Counted from the first letter of the whole stretch, positions 39,046 through 54,128 are shown. The stretch: DNA of 63,563 bases, filler included, from Choristocarpus tenellus KU-1152 (GCA_964200185.2; 10 parts of 10 records of this genome joined end to end with filler, not necessarily neighbours in it); one strand, 5' to 3'. Numbers and translations are program-made. The notes: generated from the letters alone by a model not told the origin.

Positions 39046-39076
39046 CTCCGGAGACGACGGAGGAGAGGAAGAGGGG

Positions 39077-39121
<45 letters not shown>

Positions 39122-40028
39122 CCGTTGAGTTTGAAAATGTCACCCATGACTATCTCCTGATACATACTTAGAGTTATGAACCGGGCTTTCAGTTTGTAAA
39201 TTGCACCAGGTAAGAATCAACCCCCCTCATAGAGATGCTTGCTCTCATAGCTACAACAAAAAAAAATACTTACGCAGGGAATATTTCAATTAAAAACACG
39301 ATTCACAGAGTTGCTTCATATTTTCATGCTCTTTTTCCTGTCTGTGTTTCTCACCTCGTCAACATTGCGTAGCTTTATGGATTCACTATTCTTGAGTGAA
39401 TCAAAGGCATTTTTCCCTTTGACTATATTCTTGATCACCTTTCTCACTAGGATGGCAGTAGTTAGTTGCAATACAGCAGCCAAGTGCAGGGGGGAGGAGA
39501 AAGGAGGGGGGAGGGGGTGTCTATGTTCAGCTCATAATTGGGTTTCTGACTACAGCAACTATTGTGCAGCACAGCTTAAATGAACAGGGGGTGTAGCATA
39601 GTAGTGAAAAAGAGCAGGTTTTGTATCGAGAGGAAGGCGTGCATGTCACTGCGAAATCTCCCAGAGTTATATATGCATATATTAATCACAGTCTCGTTAG
39701 TACTCAGATGCTGCAGGGTGACCTATAATATATTTGTTTCGCTGAAGAGAGTAGGCATACAGGTGAACATCTCACACACCGGACATGATACAACATAAAA
39801 AAAACACCCTACTACGGGCTGATGAGCGTGGAATGTCATTATACAACATGAAAAGGCGTACATTTTAGTGTCTTCCAATCCACGAGTCCATCACACCATT
39901 AGACACAATCAATGTTTTTATATTTCAGTGAAGGCATGTATGTCAAACTCTCATAACCCCAGACGACAACAGCTACGATAGATACGGCAGGATAATTCTA
40001 CTAGTGCTTAAAATCCAATTGAGTTGGT

Positions 40029-40200
40029 GTTAGGGATAGGGTTAGGGATAGGGTTGGAGTCAACATTACTGAGACAATAATAGTATAGCAATATGGAGTC
40101 AACAACTAAAATATCCATCAGCGTGTGACATTCACAATAACCCTAACCCTACCCCTAACCCTACCCCTTACCCCTACTCCCACCCTTAACCTCAACCCCT
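40029..40200. repeat. Degenerate interstitial telomere-like arrays: (TTAGGG/ATAGGG)n then (CCCTAA/CCCCTA)n
   Basis: ttagggatagggttagggataggg at about 40029-40053; aaccctaaccctacccctaaccctacccct at about 40139-40170. Confidence 0.75.
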
Positions 40201-42156
40201 TACGACAACCCCTGTTGATTCATGTCCTCCTCAGGACTACCACCTAAAAACCAACCTCAGAAGTGGCCCAAAAGACATCCCATCCTCTCCTGGTCAACAC
40301 ACCATACCAACAATTATGTGTTTACATGTCCTGAACCATCTATGTACACATGCATCCCTTCTCCTCCTTCCTTCAAAACTCACAACCGACTGAATCATAG
40401 TCATTCACATTGAATGCTCCTCCACACGCACCACTCGCATTACCCTCCCCCCCAAACCCCCCCTCATTTCACACAAACAAGCTCCAAAAAAATGAAAATA
40501 CACTCCCAACCCCACTCCCAACCCACCTTCAAACTTTCGTGGATCACCAAACCCAGGAGCGGAGGTTCTTTTTGAGGTGAGGGTTAGGGGGAAGGCCGTG
40601 ACAAACGCACAAGAGCAGGAGGACACATGATTTTAAGAATTAGCAATGTGCTATATTGATACATACACGTCCGTCCATGTAGCTACTGTGAACCCGCAGA
40701 TGCAAAACTTCTAACCCTAACCCTAAACGACCAATAAAACCAAGACAAAATTCAAAAATAAAGAAAAGCAGTCCAGCCAAAACTCGAGGCACATTTTTTC
40801 TGTCTAGTTTTTTTGTTGTTCTTCAGTACGAGGTCTGTGAGCAGACCCTCTTTGGAGCGTTCGACACTTCATGGGCAATTCAATTACAATTGAAGCAAAT
40901 TGAAGGTCTCGAGTAAGATTTACCTCGGTGCCCATACTGTAAATGCTTTCCTTTCTTTCACATCATCAGCGCATACATGCATACTTTTTTCTGAAATAAA
41001 CTACAGCACAACCCCCTTTCTGCCCGCAACTTTGATAAAGACTTTTTAATTTTTTTATGACTCAATCCCTGCTGCTATGAACAGCAATATATATATACAG
41101 GGTAAAAAAACAAAGAATCGATCAACCTCTCCCTACCACCACCTCCATCATGCCCATAAAAAAAAATCGGGTTCCATCTGCCACCGCAATGATTTCTATT
41201 TCAAACACAAAAAGAAATCAGAATAATTTCATTGCTGATTTTATTTCTAGAATATTTCAATTTATTAGTGTATCTTTATCACCATTAATATCATCATTGC
41301 ATTTGATGTCCAGCACATGTCCAGTTTGGCATCTCCTCAACATAGTTATACCAGGACGGTACACAGTCACATAGACGTATGTTTCACACACAGACTTTGC
41401 TACATGCAGTCACTTCTCACCCCTCTCAACCCTGTCACCTTTTGCAGACAGGCCTCTCTTAAGAGGCCTGGCCAACTCTAACGGAACTAAACTAAGTATC
41501 ACCAAATGCAACAAAATTTGAAAAACGATAAAACAAAATAAAAACCTGATCCTAAAAAATAGCCCAGTATGCTAAAAAAAAAATATTCCAATGCAAGCAA
41601 AAGAACACTACACATCAGTGAAGAAATTCTATACAGAGATACGTACATACGCATACATTCATCTCTGTCACAGTGAATCATAAAAGGGTACAGGGAAGGC
41701 GTCTTAGTATATCAAAGAAACAACCGTACCGAAGCAGCAAAAGAAAAAAATAATCCCTTGCAACAGTGCTCCGTACTAAAATCAATAGAAGAAACTACTG
41801 TCCTGGACACATTTCCACACCACCATTCGTAAGTATCACACACTGCATTGCGTTTCAGAATTGGAGAGCTGTACAGAAAATATAAACAAAACTGTGAACA
41901 TTTTTTTACTTGAGTTTTATGAAGTATATTTCAAGTTCGACATGAATACCCCAACTACAAGGTAGAAAGAAAGTTTTTTTTTTCTACATCTACTGAGGAA
42001 AACAAAAAAAGTGTCATGCCGAGAAGGCAAAAGTAAAAAAATCAACACAAATAACAACACCCTAGAACTGATTAGACAGAAATCGGAACTGACATTAATC
42101 AAGTTTGATAGATCTTTATCATTCAGTGAGGCAATATACCATTACTCTCTTCTCAC

Positions 42157-43389
<1,233 letters not shown>

Positions 43390-43773
43390 CTAAAACACTA
43401 ACACATGCACTTGTCCTAGGGTATGCAGCTGGGTGCAAAATGCTCTAATGACGAGCAAATATTATTATTGTCAGATCCGCAACTCTCTCTCCCCTTTTCA
43501 CTTTTTACACAACAACACCCTTCACCATAAGAACATTCTGAAAATACACTAAACTATATCCAATCTTTCAAGTGAGAAAAACAACTGTACAAATGTCAAT
43601 GCAAGCAAGTTCCAGAATAATATATTATGGATAAAGTTTTATTATATTGAAATATTAGCATATTATTATTATTATGCCCTCTGACATTTTCCAGATGTGT
43701 CAGGGGGGAAACCAAAGGAATGAATTTGTCAGAATCGGAGTGGTTCTTCGTTCTAAGGATCCATTCTGGCTGT

Positions 43774-43873
43774 NNNNNNNNNNNNNNNNNNNNNNNNNNN
43801 NNNNNNNNNNNNNNNNNTTAATTAATTAANNNNNNNNNNNNNNNNNNNNNNNNNNNNNNNNNNNNNNNNNNNN
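43774..43873. other. Artificial contig linker
   Basis: N44-TTAATTAATTAA-N44. Confidence 0.99.
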
Positions 43874-43910
43874 CCCCCCCATCAACTGTCCACAATGTTG
43901 TCCATCTCAC

Positions 43911-46609
43911 CGCATCAATTCAAACTCCCCATCTGGTGGAATGAAGGTGATCGTCCGATCTGCATCGAACTTACCCAGGCGAACGCAGCGGTGGAAAGTG
44001 CAATCATCCAGCGCCACTGCCGGGCGCCGATCATGGCGCCCTCGATTGACCGCATCCCTTTCCATGATCAGTTTGTCATTTAGACCAAATTTGCAGTCGG
44101 GCATGCCTACAAATAACAGACAACAGCCGTGGGAACGAGGTCAATTGGGTAGGGGGAGGACGGGTACGGAGAGTGGGTTGGCGGAACTTGATGTAGTGAC
44201 TTTAATAACATCAATGTTATAAGTTAGCGCTTGGAAGCACTCGTAGCATCCTGTCCTGTTGGGGAAGGGGACCGTCGCACGCACTCAGGAGTTTATATAC
44301 ATTTATTCCGCCGTTCAGACGCAACACAACATAAATAGCCTCGGGGGGGTCTGCTATCAACTCACCTGACAGAAGGGTCTTCATAACTACCTTGCCACTG
44401 ACATCATTCCTCAACACGGCTCCGTTGGAGGACATGAGCAGGTTGACGGACTCAAGCACATCAATGTAAACCTACGCGACCACAACAATTGAAGCAAGTA
44501 TCAAATGCAACCAAATTTTTCCCTCATAAGAGCATCGGAGAGCATAGCATAGCGCGAGGCAAAGTAGGGCAACAACAAGACAAAACAAACATGCACAGAG
44601 CACTGGCTGGGGGAATACAAAATGTGTGCTCCTCTCCGTTAGAGTGACCTAAGTAGTTATAAGAAAATGCATTTTTTTTTCCCTTCACATGCAATGTACA
44701 CAATATATATATATATGGAATGGAGCAAGATAAAAACTACGGGCCCTGTCAAGGATGAGCATTTGGTGCATGAAACGAAGGGAATCTCTGTACCTAGAGC
44801 ATGTCTTGGATGTTTACACAGAGTCGGTGGGATGGCTCTGCCCCACGAATACTTGTACAACCTTTTTCATCCCTATCAACACTAATATAGCCCTTGAACC
44901 AAGCCCCCCCAAAAGCACAGCCAATGCCCCCCCCCCAGTATCAAGAAAATTCACATATCCAAACCTCGTTCTTGCGATATCGGATCCCCTCACGTCTCCA
45001 GTCAATAGCCCCCGTGATCTGGCTTGTGAGCTGGCCTGTCTCCTGCGGATCTCCATCCAGAGAGTGGATTGTGCCGAGGTTGATGTATGATCGAAGTATG
45101 TCAATTGATAGGATCTGTGGGTAGCCATAGTCCATTGTCTCTGGAGAAACAGGAGATCAAAGAGAGGCAATCGGGAAGGGGAAAAGGAGTGGGTTTTTCA
45201 ATGGGGTGAAGGTAATAACTGTCTTCAGAGTTAGGGCTGAAGTTGGGATTGGGAGTAGAGCGATCAGGGTTTATGGGAGGAGATTTGGGGAGGAAGGAAC
45301 AAAGAGAGGTGGCAGGGTGGGGGTGAGGGGAGGGGGACTGATGGATCAATGGTTACCAGAGATGCTCAGAGATCCTTCCCCAGGGGGTGCAAAAATTGAG
45401 GTGGCAAGTTGGTCCAGGGATGTAGGGTTCATCAAATTCTTCCTGAAACTGCAATAGAGAAAATTGCACCAACCCTCCCCTTCATACACTGTATATTGCT
45501 ACCATGAGTTCAACATATGTGGAGGCTATGGAGGAAGGGTACTACAGTGAACAAAGACAACTATAAAACCAAATTTACTGTTTGTGAGCCAGCAATGTCC
45601 TTTTCATCTTGAGGGGGTGAGGGGGTGCTCTCACCATCCATGAGCTCTAGAATGAGGGTCATGTTGTTTCTGAGGGTATCTTCATCAAAGTCACGTTTGA
45701 AGTAGGCCTTGAAGATGCGGATCTTCTGGAATAGGAACTCAAAAACCAAGGCAGGGTTCACGTTCCCTTTTGTGACCGCCACCAAATAAAGGTTGAGATG
45801 GCGGGTATAAAGGAACGAGCTGCCTTCCATCTTTGCACAAGTACGAGAGGACAGGGGGACGGAGAGGAAAAGTCCACATCAGGAATAGGCAGATGTCGGA
45901 GTGATGTGTCTGTGGTGCCTCCAGCGAACGAATTTCTCCATCACTCACCAACTTTATAGGTGGAGACGAGCCTGTCTCCTTTGAAGCTATGACCTTCATC
46001 CGAAAGGCATCAGCGGCTGCCCTATTGACGTCATCTCTAACATGTGCAGGTTCGGAGGTGAGGGCTTTATTTCTCAGACTTTCCTGCAAGCTTCATTTGA
46101 ACTGATGCATTGGGTTTCCGTAGCGCTCATAGCGATAGGGTGGAAGGCAAGAAAATCAAAAAATCTGGATACACGCAGGGGCAGTTCCCTGGAATATCAG
46201 TATACCATATATTTACACGCAACCAGCATGACGAAAAGGACGGTATCCATAACGAGAGGGTATGAAAAATCGGTATGGTCGCTAAGTACGAGGGATAGCA
46301 AGGAGGTAACGCTTAAAAAGGAGCGACGACAATCTTTCAGACGTAAGGCATGGATCTACGTTTTGTCAAAGCCCTGCAAGGAATGACCCTTGACGGTCTG
46401 AGGGAGATGTAGCAGTATGTGACTTGACACTCTCATCCATGTAACCCTTCCAATCACAACCATGCAACCATTGGATCAGTCACAAGTCACACAAAGGACA
46501 ATATTCCAGGCCTACATCCCGCATTGAAACTTCCATGCAAAGAATACCTGTAAAAGCGGCTAATGACTATTTCGCCCTTTCGGTTGATGATGAACACTGC
46601 GGAAATCAT
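43911..46609 (-). CDS. AP2M1: AP-2 complex subunit mu, 5' part (3' end lost at contig edge)
   Basis: Exons 46609-46548, 46036-45949, 45830-45635, 45140-44965, 44471-44366 and 44106-43911: [24 protein letters not shown]...MDYGYPQ...[33 protein letters not shown]...[13 protein letters not shown]...[33 protein letters not shown]. Confidence 0.97.
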
Positions 46610-46910
46610 CTCCAAACAGCACCACCCCGCCCCGTTGGCAATACAGTTCGAGGGAGCTCTATCTTGTGGAATCGCGAGGCTAAGTTGCAGCGATAATGTT
46701 CAGCATCAAGTGAAAACCCTTGTCCTCTTAGAAATCAGGGAATGGCAAGTCCAAATTTAGCTGGACCATCGGGTTTAGTTACATATTGGTTATTCTATGT
46801 TGGAGCGTTTTCTGGTTGCTTAGGGTTAGGGTAGTTCGCATATTGATTGTTCCGCCTTGTGGTCTTATTAGACAAGTTTGGGAAGAGAGTCAACCTTCCC
46901 AGTGAACACT
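46610..46910. promoter_or_regulatory. Putative bidirectional promoter between AP2M1 and VPS51, containing TTAGGGTTAGGG (46820-46831)
   Basis: Divergent ATGs 301 bp apart. Confidence 0.55.
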
Positions 46911-49699
46911 ATGGCGTTACCACCCAGGCTAAGTAGGGTGGACAGGTACGTGTGATATCGTGAATAAAGTGTCTAAGCAAGGAACTGTGTGAGGGAAGTG
47001 TAATTGGGGAAGGTGCAAAGTCGTCGTTGCAAGGTTATCGTTGCAGACCCCCTGTTCGAGAGAACCCTCTGCCTCTCTGTCTTCTTTAGCTGGCGATGTG
47101 TACATTGCGTTTGCTCCATGTGATGTAAACAATCACGACGATCCGTTTCGGTGTGGGATCGACAGTCCTTGTCTTCTGATATCCACGCCCCAGAGTCTCT
47201 TACTCCAAACTAGATTGTGGAGGTCAGATGCCTTTACTCCTGTACTTGCTACGCCTTGCACTGGTTGGCATGGTTCTCAGCGTGATTCGTGGACGTCACG
47301 TAGCACTAACACGGGAATCCTGGAGATTGGGAATATCTATTAATAGAGTATACTCACCAACCCCTTCTATACAACCCCTCCCATTCTCTACTGTCGTAGC
47401 GACGGCGATGACAACGGGACCACTTCTGGAGGTGGGCGCATGGGAGAGCTCCTGGCAAGCTACTATGGTCTTCAGAAAGGACCCGAACGGTCGTTGGATG
47501 TGGATAGTGCCTCGTTTGACGCCGAAGCATACGTCCGTGGGCTGCTCAAGAGGGAGAAGCTTGATGGGCTACTCAAGAAGGACGACGAAATGGTGAGGGC
47601 TGCACCGTCTCTTTAGGAAGTAAACAGGTACCATGCGCTTGAAGCTCTGGCCGGATGCCTCGGGGGTAGAATGGTGACAACAAAGCTGCTGCATTTGTAC
47701 GGGATGGACCTAAGTATGGTCATCGTTTAGTCAACTGCCGTTGCAAATGGGACCTGAAGAGGTTTCTTGTGGAAGAGGCAATCCCCAGCTCAACCCCTGT
47801 CATTTCATCTTATAGGAGAGTTGTTGGCTTTCTTTACATGATACAGCCTCTATCTTTGCCTTCAACTTGCTGCCCTGGGCTGCCTTCACGTCTTCAAAAG
47901 GTGCGGGAAGTGAAAAAGCTGGACTCAGATATGCAAATGTTGGTCTACGAGAATTACAACAAGTTCATCAGTGCCACGGATACAATCCGAAAGATGGCTC
48001 GCAATGTGGAGGGGATGGAGACAGAAATGGAAGACCTTGGTATCAGCATGGATCGAATATCTCAAGGCAGTAAACGTATAAATGATTCCCTCGCAGGTAC
48101 GGTGATTTGAATGTATGAAAGCAGAGGCATCATTCTTCGATCCTGGTATCTTAATGTGACTAGCATGCATACAGTAGTTGTCATCAGGGCCCTTTTAGTG
48201 GAGCACGTTCCTTGCCTTCATGCGCTATTTCTTGTTGAATTTACAGTTCACTGAGATGATCCTCTGCTCCCTGCAATACTTGAGGTACTTGCCAGAAATG
48301 TGCTTTAAGAAGTACCTATAATATTCCTCTGAACTACAGATGCATACTGTTCCACTAAGAAGTAACTTAGAAACAGAGGGCCGTTGCATACCACAACGTG
48401 ACCCACACTACAATTTACTCCAGATGGATTGAGTGATCCCCCCTCCCCGTCCCTCTGCTGAGACAGGTAATCGATCAAAGATGGATAAGCTCGTGCGTGT
48501 CAGACGTCTGCTTGAACGCCTGGATTTCTTGTTCCAGCTTCCTCACAAACTAGAGGAGGCAGTGGAGGCAGGAGAATACTCCAAGGCCATCAGGTTCTGA
48601 TTTGTTTGTAACCTGTCTTTTTTTTTGTAAGTTACAGCATCTAGACATGTGTCCAGATGTCAAGAAGTAGAGGCACACACACACATGCAGAGGGCATGTC
48701 TATGGTACATTGAGCGCCTGGTCTGGTTCTTTTATGCACTAGTGGGTCATGAAGCAGCTTGTCTGTGGAGGTTCTGGGCGAGCATCATGTAATTGCAAGG
48801 CTTGTACAGCTGAAGAGAAATACCAAGCACTTGTAATATACCACAGGCACAAGTACCGTAGTTGTTATGTGCTGTGTTTCTATAGGGGGAATAGAGTTAG
48901 GGTCATATTGGGTAGGGAGTGAAACACTTTTTTTCTGTAGTGTTGGGCTCCTTGTTTAGATTGTCGGTGTGCTTGTGTCTTCTGAGGCGCTGACTGCTGT
49001 GTATCAGTTGTGTGGGCGGGGTGGGGTGGGCAAGGTCAAGTGTATTCTCCAGCTGTGATGAGAATTGAAAGCATTTATGAGAACAAGTAAACCGAGTGTG
49101 GAAACTTTGATACAATACGCTCCATTTAACTTGAAAATTTTCTCGCAGAGCACAAGTGGAGGCACAAGGATTGCCTACGTCCGTGTGGCAATGTGTGCAG
49201 CACACGTTCTTGGAAAAGATAACCAATCGAAATTTTGTCCCTTGGTTTTGAGTTTTGATTATGGATCGCAATGTAGTCAAATCGTTTGGATTCAATCGAA
49301 GCTAAGGCCTACGACACTATTATTTTCAGGGGGCAACAGGAGCCCTGGTTTGGACTTAGATGATGATTTTGTCTTGTCTTGTTGCAGAGCCCCTCGATTC
49401 CGACCGCACTGTCTTGACCAATGTCTTTCCCCCGGGTGAACAGAATGCTGATGTATTGGTTTGCTCCATGCTGAGTCTATTGCCAGGCAATTTGATCCCC
49501 TGCTTTGCACGTTTGTTTTTGGTGCTGCCTGTTCTTTTCCTTCCCTGGCAATGGTGGTGACAAAAAAAGGTACTTTTCGATGACCAAGGACATCCTTCGA
49601 AAGCACTCTCACGTCTCATCATTTGGTGCAATCGAGAGGGAGTGTGAGGAGACGGTGTGTCGGTTACAAGCACACCTTCAAGAAGAGCTGGACAGGCCG
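46911..49699 (+). CDS. VPS51: GARP/EARP complex subunit Vps51, 5' part (truncated)
   Basis: Exons 46911-46945, 47400-47592, 47901-48096, 48467-48593 and 49570-49699: LLASYYGL..LDVDSASFDAEAYV..VREVKKLDSDMQMLVYENYNKFISATDTIRKM..LLERLDFLFQLP. Confidence 0.95.
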
Positions 49700-49859
49700 G
49701 TGAGAGGGGGTTGTTTTTGCCGAGCGTTCATGAACTGGTTTCTCGGGGTGTTTCAGCTTGTAGTTTTTGTTTTGAAACACTTTTTTTTTTTTGGGGGGGG
49801 GGGGGGGGGGAGGGGGGGGGGGGGGGGGGGGGCTTTGAAAATGTCATCTGGGCGGTAAA

Positions 49860-49959
49860 NNNNNNNNNNNNNNNNNNNNNNNNNNNNNNNNNNNNNNNNN
49901 NNNTTAATTAATTAANNNNNNNNNNNNNNNNNNNNNNNNNNNNNNNNNNNNNNNNNNNN
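49860..49959. other. Artificial contig linker
   Basis: N44-TTAATTAATTAA-N44. Confidence 0.99.
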
Positions 49960-50172
49960 GTGACAGGAAATCAGTGGCAAAGGGGTCGCACTGGTTGGTC
50001 ATCAGATGTGGGGGGTGACTGGAATCCAGCGGCGAGGGGGGTTCACACTGGTTGGTTACCTGAGGTGGGCGGTGGCTGGAAATCAAGGGTGAATGGGGTT
50101 CGCATTGGTTGGTCATCGCAGGGGGGGAGTGACTGGAAATCAGTGGCGAAGGGGTCACACTGGTTGGTCACA
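49960..50172. repeat. Minisatellite, about 57-bp degenerate unit x about 4
   Basis: Repeated gactggaaatc...ggggt(t)c(g/a)cactggttggtca. Confidence 0.85.
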
Positions 50173-53100
50173 AGTGTGACACAATAGGGAATGGGTGGAA
50201 TGCAAACATAGAATAAAATAAGTCGTGAGCAAAGCAAAAAATATTTTCTAATAATGCGGAGATGAAGTCCTATTATTGTTGACATAGATGTCAATTAGTC
50301 GTGGCAAGTCGTGTTCGCCTATTTGATTATACCAAATATAGTACGGAAGGCATCTCACTCCAATTTGACAATCAGCGCTAGGGTTGTGCTCGACAGATTG
50401 CTGGCATCGAAATGTCCAACAGAGGCTACTCTTCAAGAGGAAGCCGATGGTGACCACCCTCCATTCTGATTCGTCCTGTACAACGATATAGTCTTACCAA
50501 ATGTACAGATCGTCATAGTTCGTATCAAATAGTTTGTATTTTAGGTAGTGCACACATTATCTCGGTTGTTCTTATTGACGTTAATTAAGTAGTACATGCA
50601 GTTCAAGATTTGGGTAAATTGGAATTTGGGAGTTTATGTTTTGTTACAACGCAGGTGATCCTGTTCAGGTGTGTCATACGTTTTGAGCTGAAGACACCAG
50701 GGAAATGGGCAAGGAGGGGCTTGTTAGATTCTTGGGATGCTTCCCTAGCTCCTCACCCTGGGGTGCAGGACAAAGCTAGGTTAGAGGCACAGGAAGGCAA
50801 GGGTACACCATAAGTAATTGGTAGTAAAATAGTAAATAGATTAATGCCTTTCACATTTTACGACAGCTGTTACTTTTTTAGAGATTTTTCTGATATGTGA
50901 GTAGTTTTTGTTGGCTTTTCCCCTGACACATGTGCAACATATCAGAGGGCGTAATGATAAAATATAATACGTTGTAATACTGGATTTAGTGGTATGGAGT
51001 ACCTACTAAATTCAGTTACCGTCTAAGACATGTTATTACACCTACTACTCACTAGAATGTGTTCTAAATTCTATTAAAATAGTGTTGAAAAAACAATATT
51101 ATATTGGTGTACTGTACATGGTGTGTATGCAAGGGAAGATTCTGGAGCCTGTCCTCCTCCTCTAGATAATCAGACTTAGCTCTTCTTCTACACTTCGTCC
51201 CTTCCACATCGTGGTCATAATAGCCCCCTTTTTACTTCAGAGGTCAACACCAGCATGATCCTCTTCAATGTGAGATAGCCACACTCCCGTTACTGCTAGG
51301 GGTGTGAGGTGTAGTCCTCCTTGAGAAAGGCACTGGATCAACACTCCACCACAGTGCAATCAACGGTCCTGCACCAAAAGGGAGGGGTGGTGGATGGGGT
51401 GGAGAAAAGTAATGATGTGGAGGAAAAGATAAATCAGTCAGAGCGACATCTACTGAGAGATAGACAGGGCTGCATTCTTAAAATCCTGAGAAAGACCGAA
51501 AAGGTATCATTTTGTACAATTGCAGAAAGATCCTTTGCTGAATTGTGATGTCGCTTTGTGTGTGAGAAGGGGATATCAATTTTGTGTACACTATTGTGCA
51601 AATAGAAAAAATAAAATAGTGTGTATTAATTACACAGGCTAAGGAAGATGGCTTAGAATGCAGAAGTGTCCGGACCTGCCTACCTCAATTGGCTTGCCTC
51701 TCAGCAGCTCACTGAGGATGAAGCTGGGGTGAGGAGACCTTGCCTCTCGGAGTCCCTCCTTGGGAATTTGACCATCCCTAGGGATTAGCTGTTAAGGCTG
51801 GGGCTTGCAGGGGGTGATCAGGGAGGTAAGGATAAGGTCAGAGACAGTTGGCAGGTTTTTCCAACAAAGGTGCCATGAATTCGAAGGTACCTCTGTAGTG
51901 AACTACTACGGTTACGGATTTTTCTTCTGAGGCGGTCACACTCCTGTTGCCAAGAGAGACCTCAGAGCTATGCTCCTTCACAACAACCCTTACGGGTCAA
52001 CACTCCACCACAGTGCAGTCCAAAGCCCCATCGCAATCACAAAGAGAGAGAGGTGGTCGATGGGGCGGAGGGAGGTATTGGTATGAGTGCAGGAAAAGGA
52101 GTCGGGCATGTGCCCATGGCGTGTTAAGTTGGGGCGGATAGACCTCAGTCAGACGTGGCCATGAAGACCAGTGGACGTAACTATGTAGGTAATTCTCGCA
52201 CATTAGCGTAAACGGAGGCGTGTTGAGGTCTAAGTACTCATGACTTGATGGGGTGTCTCTCTCTGTAGTGAGTGGCCTGTCTGAGAATGCCACTTCTTCC
52301 CCAAAGGTAATCGTACTCTTCCGACCATTGCGGCATTGGGTTTCAGGTGCGATTCTCCTTGACGAACATGGCGCTGAATCAGCCCTACACCACATGAACA
52401 ACATACTATGAAGCATGCGTTCTGCATTTGGAACGCACTACTCCTCCACCCTCAATGAATGGGCAGATCAGATTCGGCAAAATCAAAGAAGATACGGCTT
52501 GGTGAGTATTGATTGTAACTGGCAACAATGAACGTGCATTGTGTATTATTATTGGTAAAGACAAACCCACTACAAGAACAAGGGAGCTCTAAAATCATTT
52601 AATGTACACCCCCATCTCTGAGTCAAGAGAAGTCGAGGGGTAACGACAAAACAAAACACTTTTTTTTTTTTATTATCATGTTGACAGCTGCTATATATAA
52701 TAGAAGAGCTCTGCAATAGACAAGAACGTGAGAAAGCACACAAAAATATGTAACAACTAACGCTATCATCATCACACGGAAGACAAAACAAAAAAAATTA
52801 TCCACAACGGAACACAACACAGTTTTCGTTTAAGAGGCGACATCCCTCTAACAGGAGGGGGGCGTAAATAGGGTTTCAGCCGTCGTGCAGAATTGACACT
52901 GACTCTGACTGAATCCGTCGATGGTACCATAGGCGTGCCTTCTGGTGTCAGTGATATCGTAACTTCACTGTCACATCAACCAGCTGACCCTCCCCTCCAT
53001 ATCTAGTCAGTGGATGCCTTCAACTCCTCAGGAAAATCGGCACACTGCCAAATGTCGAAGCCAAATTTACATCCCTCCTTACAATACAAACCCATCAAAC

Positions 53101-53384
53101 AAAAATATATTGCACTCTGCGAAAATTCAGCGAGGACAGCTTCCCGAGACACACTCCCATGCTCCTCTAGTCTCTTGCAGGAGCAGGCTAATGACCAAGG
53201 ACTCAGCAGGCATTCGAAAGGTGCCCATCTTGAACTCGGAAATAGCAACAAACAAAACCATTCAAAATTGTGACATACGTATGGAAATAATGTGAGACCC
53301 CCTCAACTCAACTCCTCCCCCTTGCAATATTTGAAGCAAAACTAACATCTCTGTTGTAACGCCTTCATCTTCTAACTACACACA

Positions 53385-53478
53385 CAGAGAGACACAGGCA
53401 CAGACACAGGCACGGACACAGACACAGGCACAGGCACAGGCACAGACACACACAAACACACGCACGCACGCACGCACA
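53385..53478. repeat. Compound microsatellite (CACAGR)n/(CACG)n
   Basis: Directly visible; a similar tract lies at 63046-63090. Confidence 0.9.
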
Positions 53479-53873
53479 CCTTCAAGAGAAAGAACGCCTG
53501 GTACAGTACTAAGAGAACCAATCTGCCTTTGCGAGAGGTGGAATCAGCCTTTGCCTGCATGAAGCATACCGACATATGGCAAGGTTAAACAGCACACTAT
53601 ACTATGAACCACAACCACAACCAAAGCATCGCTTCGCTTCATCACAACATAAAATCAACAACCACAAGGAAAACGTAACATAAGAAAAAAATAAATAAGA
53701 AAAAAAAAGAAAGATACCTGCAGCACACATCAGGCCATGAGGTTAGTCACGCATTGCTCCCTCACTAAATCTACAAAACACCTCATAGACAACACTAGTT
53801 ATCAGCACTGCCCCACACTGCCCAAATGTAACATCATTACCAAAATATGTCACACCAAGTGCTGAGGTGAGGT

Positions 53874-54094
53874 TCAGACTATAGCCCCACTTTCTGCTCC
53901 AAGATTCCCAAGGGGGCCAGTCAGCGGCCCAGCCCCTTCCCCGGGTGTGATGGGCTCAAAGTCTCGCAGAGGGTTATAGTCATGACCAACCACTTTCTCG
54001 GCTCCCTCCCCTTCTAAACCCTCCTCAAGACATGTTTCTTGATAAGATTTGGGACTTGTGGATTCATCATGTGTTGATGATCCGCTTTCAATAT

Positions 54095-54128
<34 letters not shown>

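Noticed and set aside
39354-41870. Candidate downstream exons of the WW protein (e.g. 39447-39354)
   Set aside because: Plausible splice signals but no verifiable phase chain or domain match
49960-50172. CRISPR-like repeat-spacer appearance
   Set aside because: The whole unit, including the apparent spacers, is homologous; eukaryotic context and no cas genes, so it is a minisatellite
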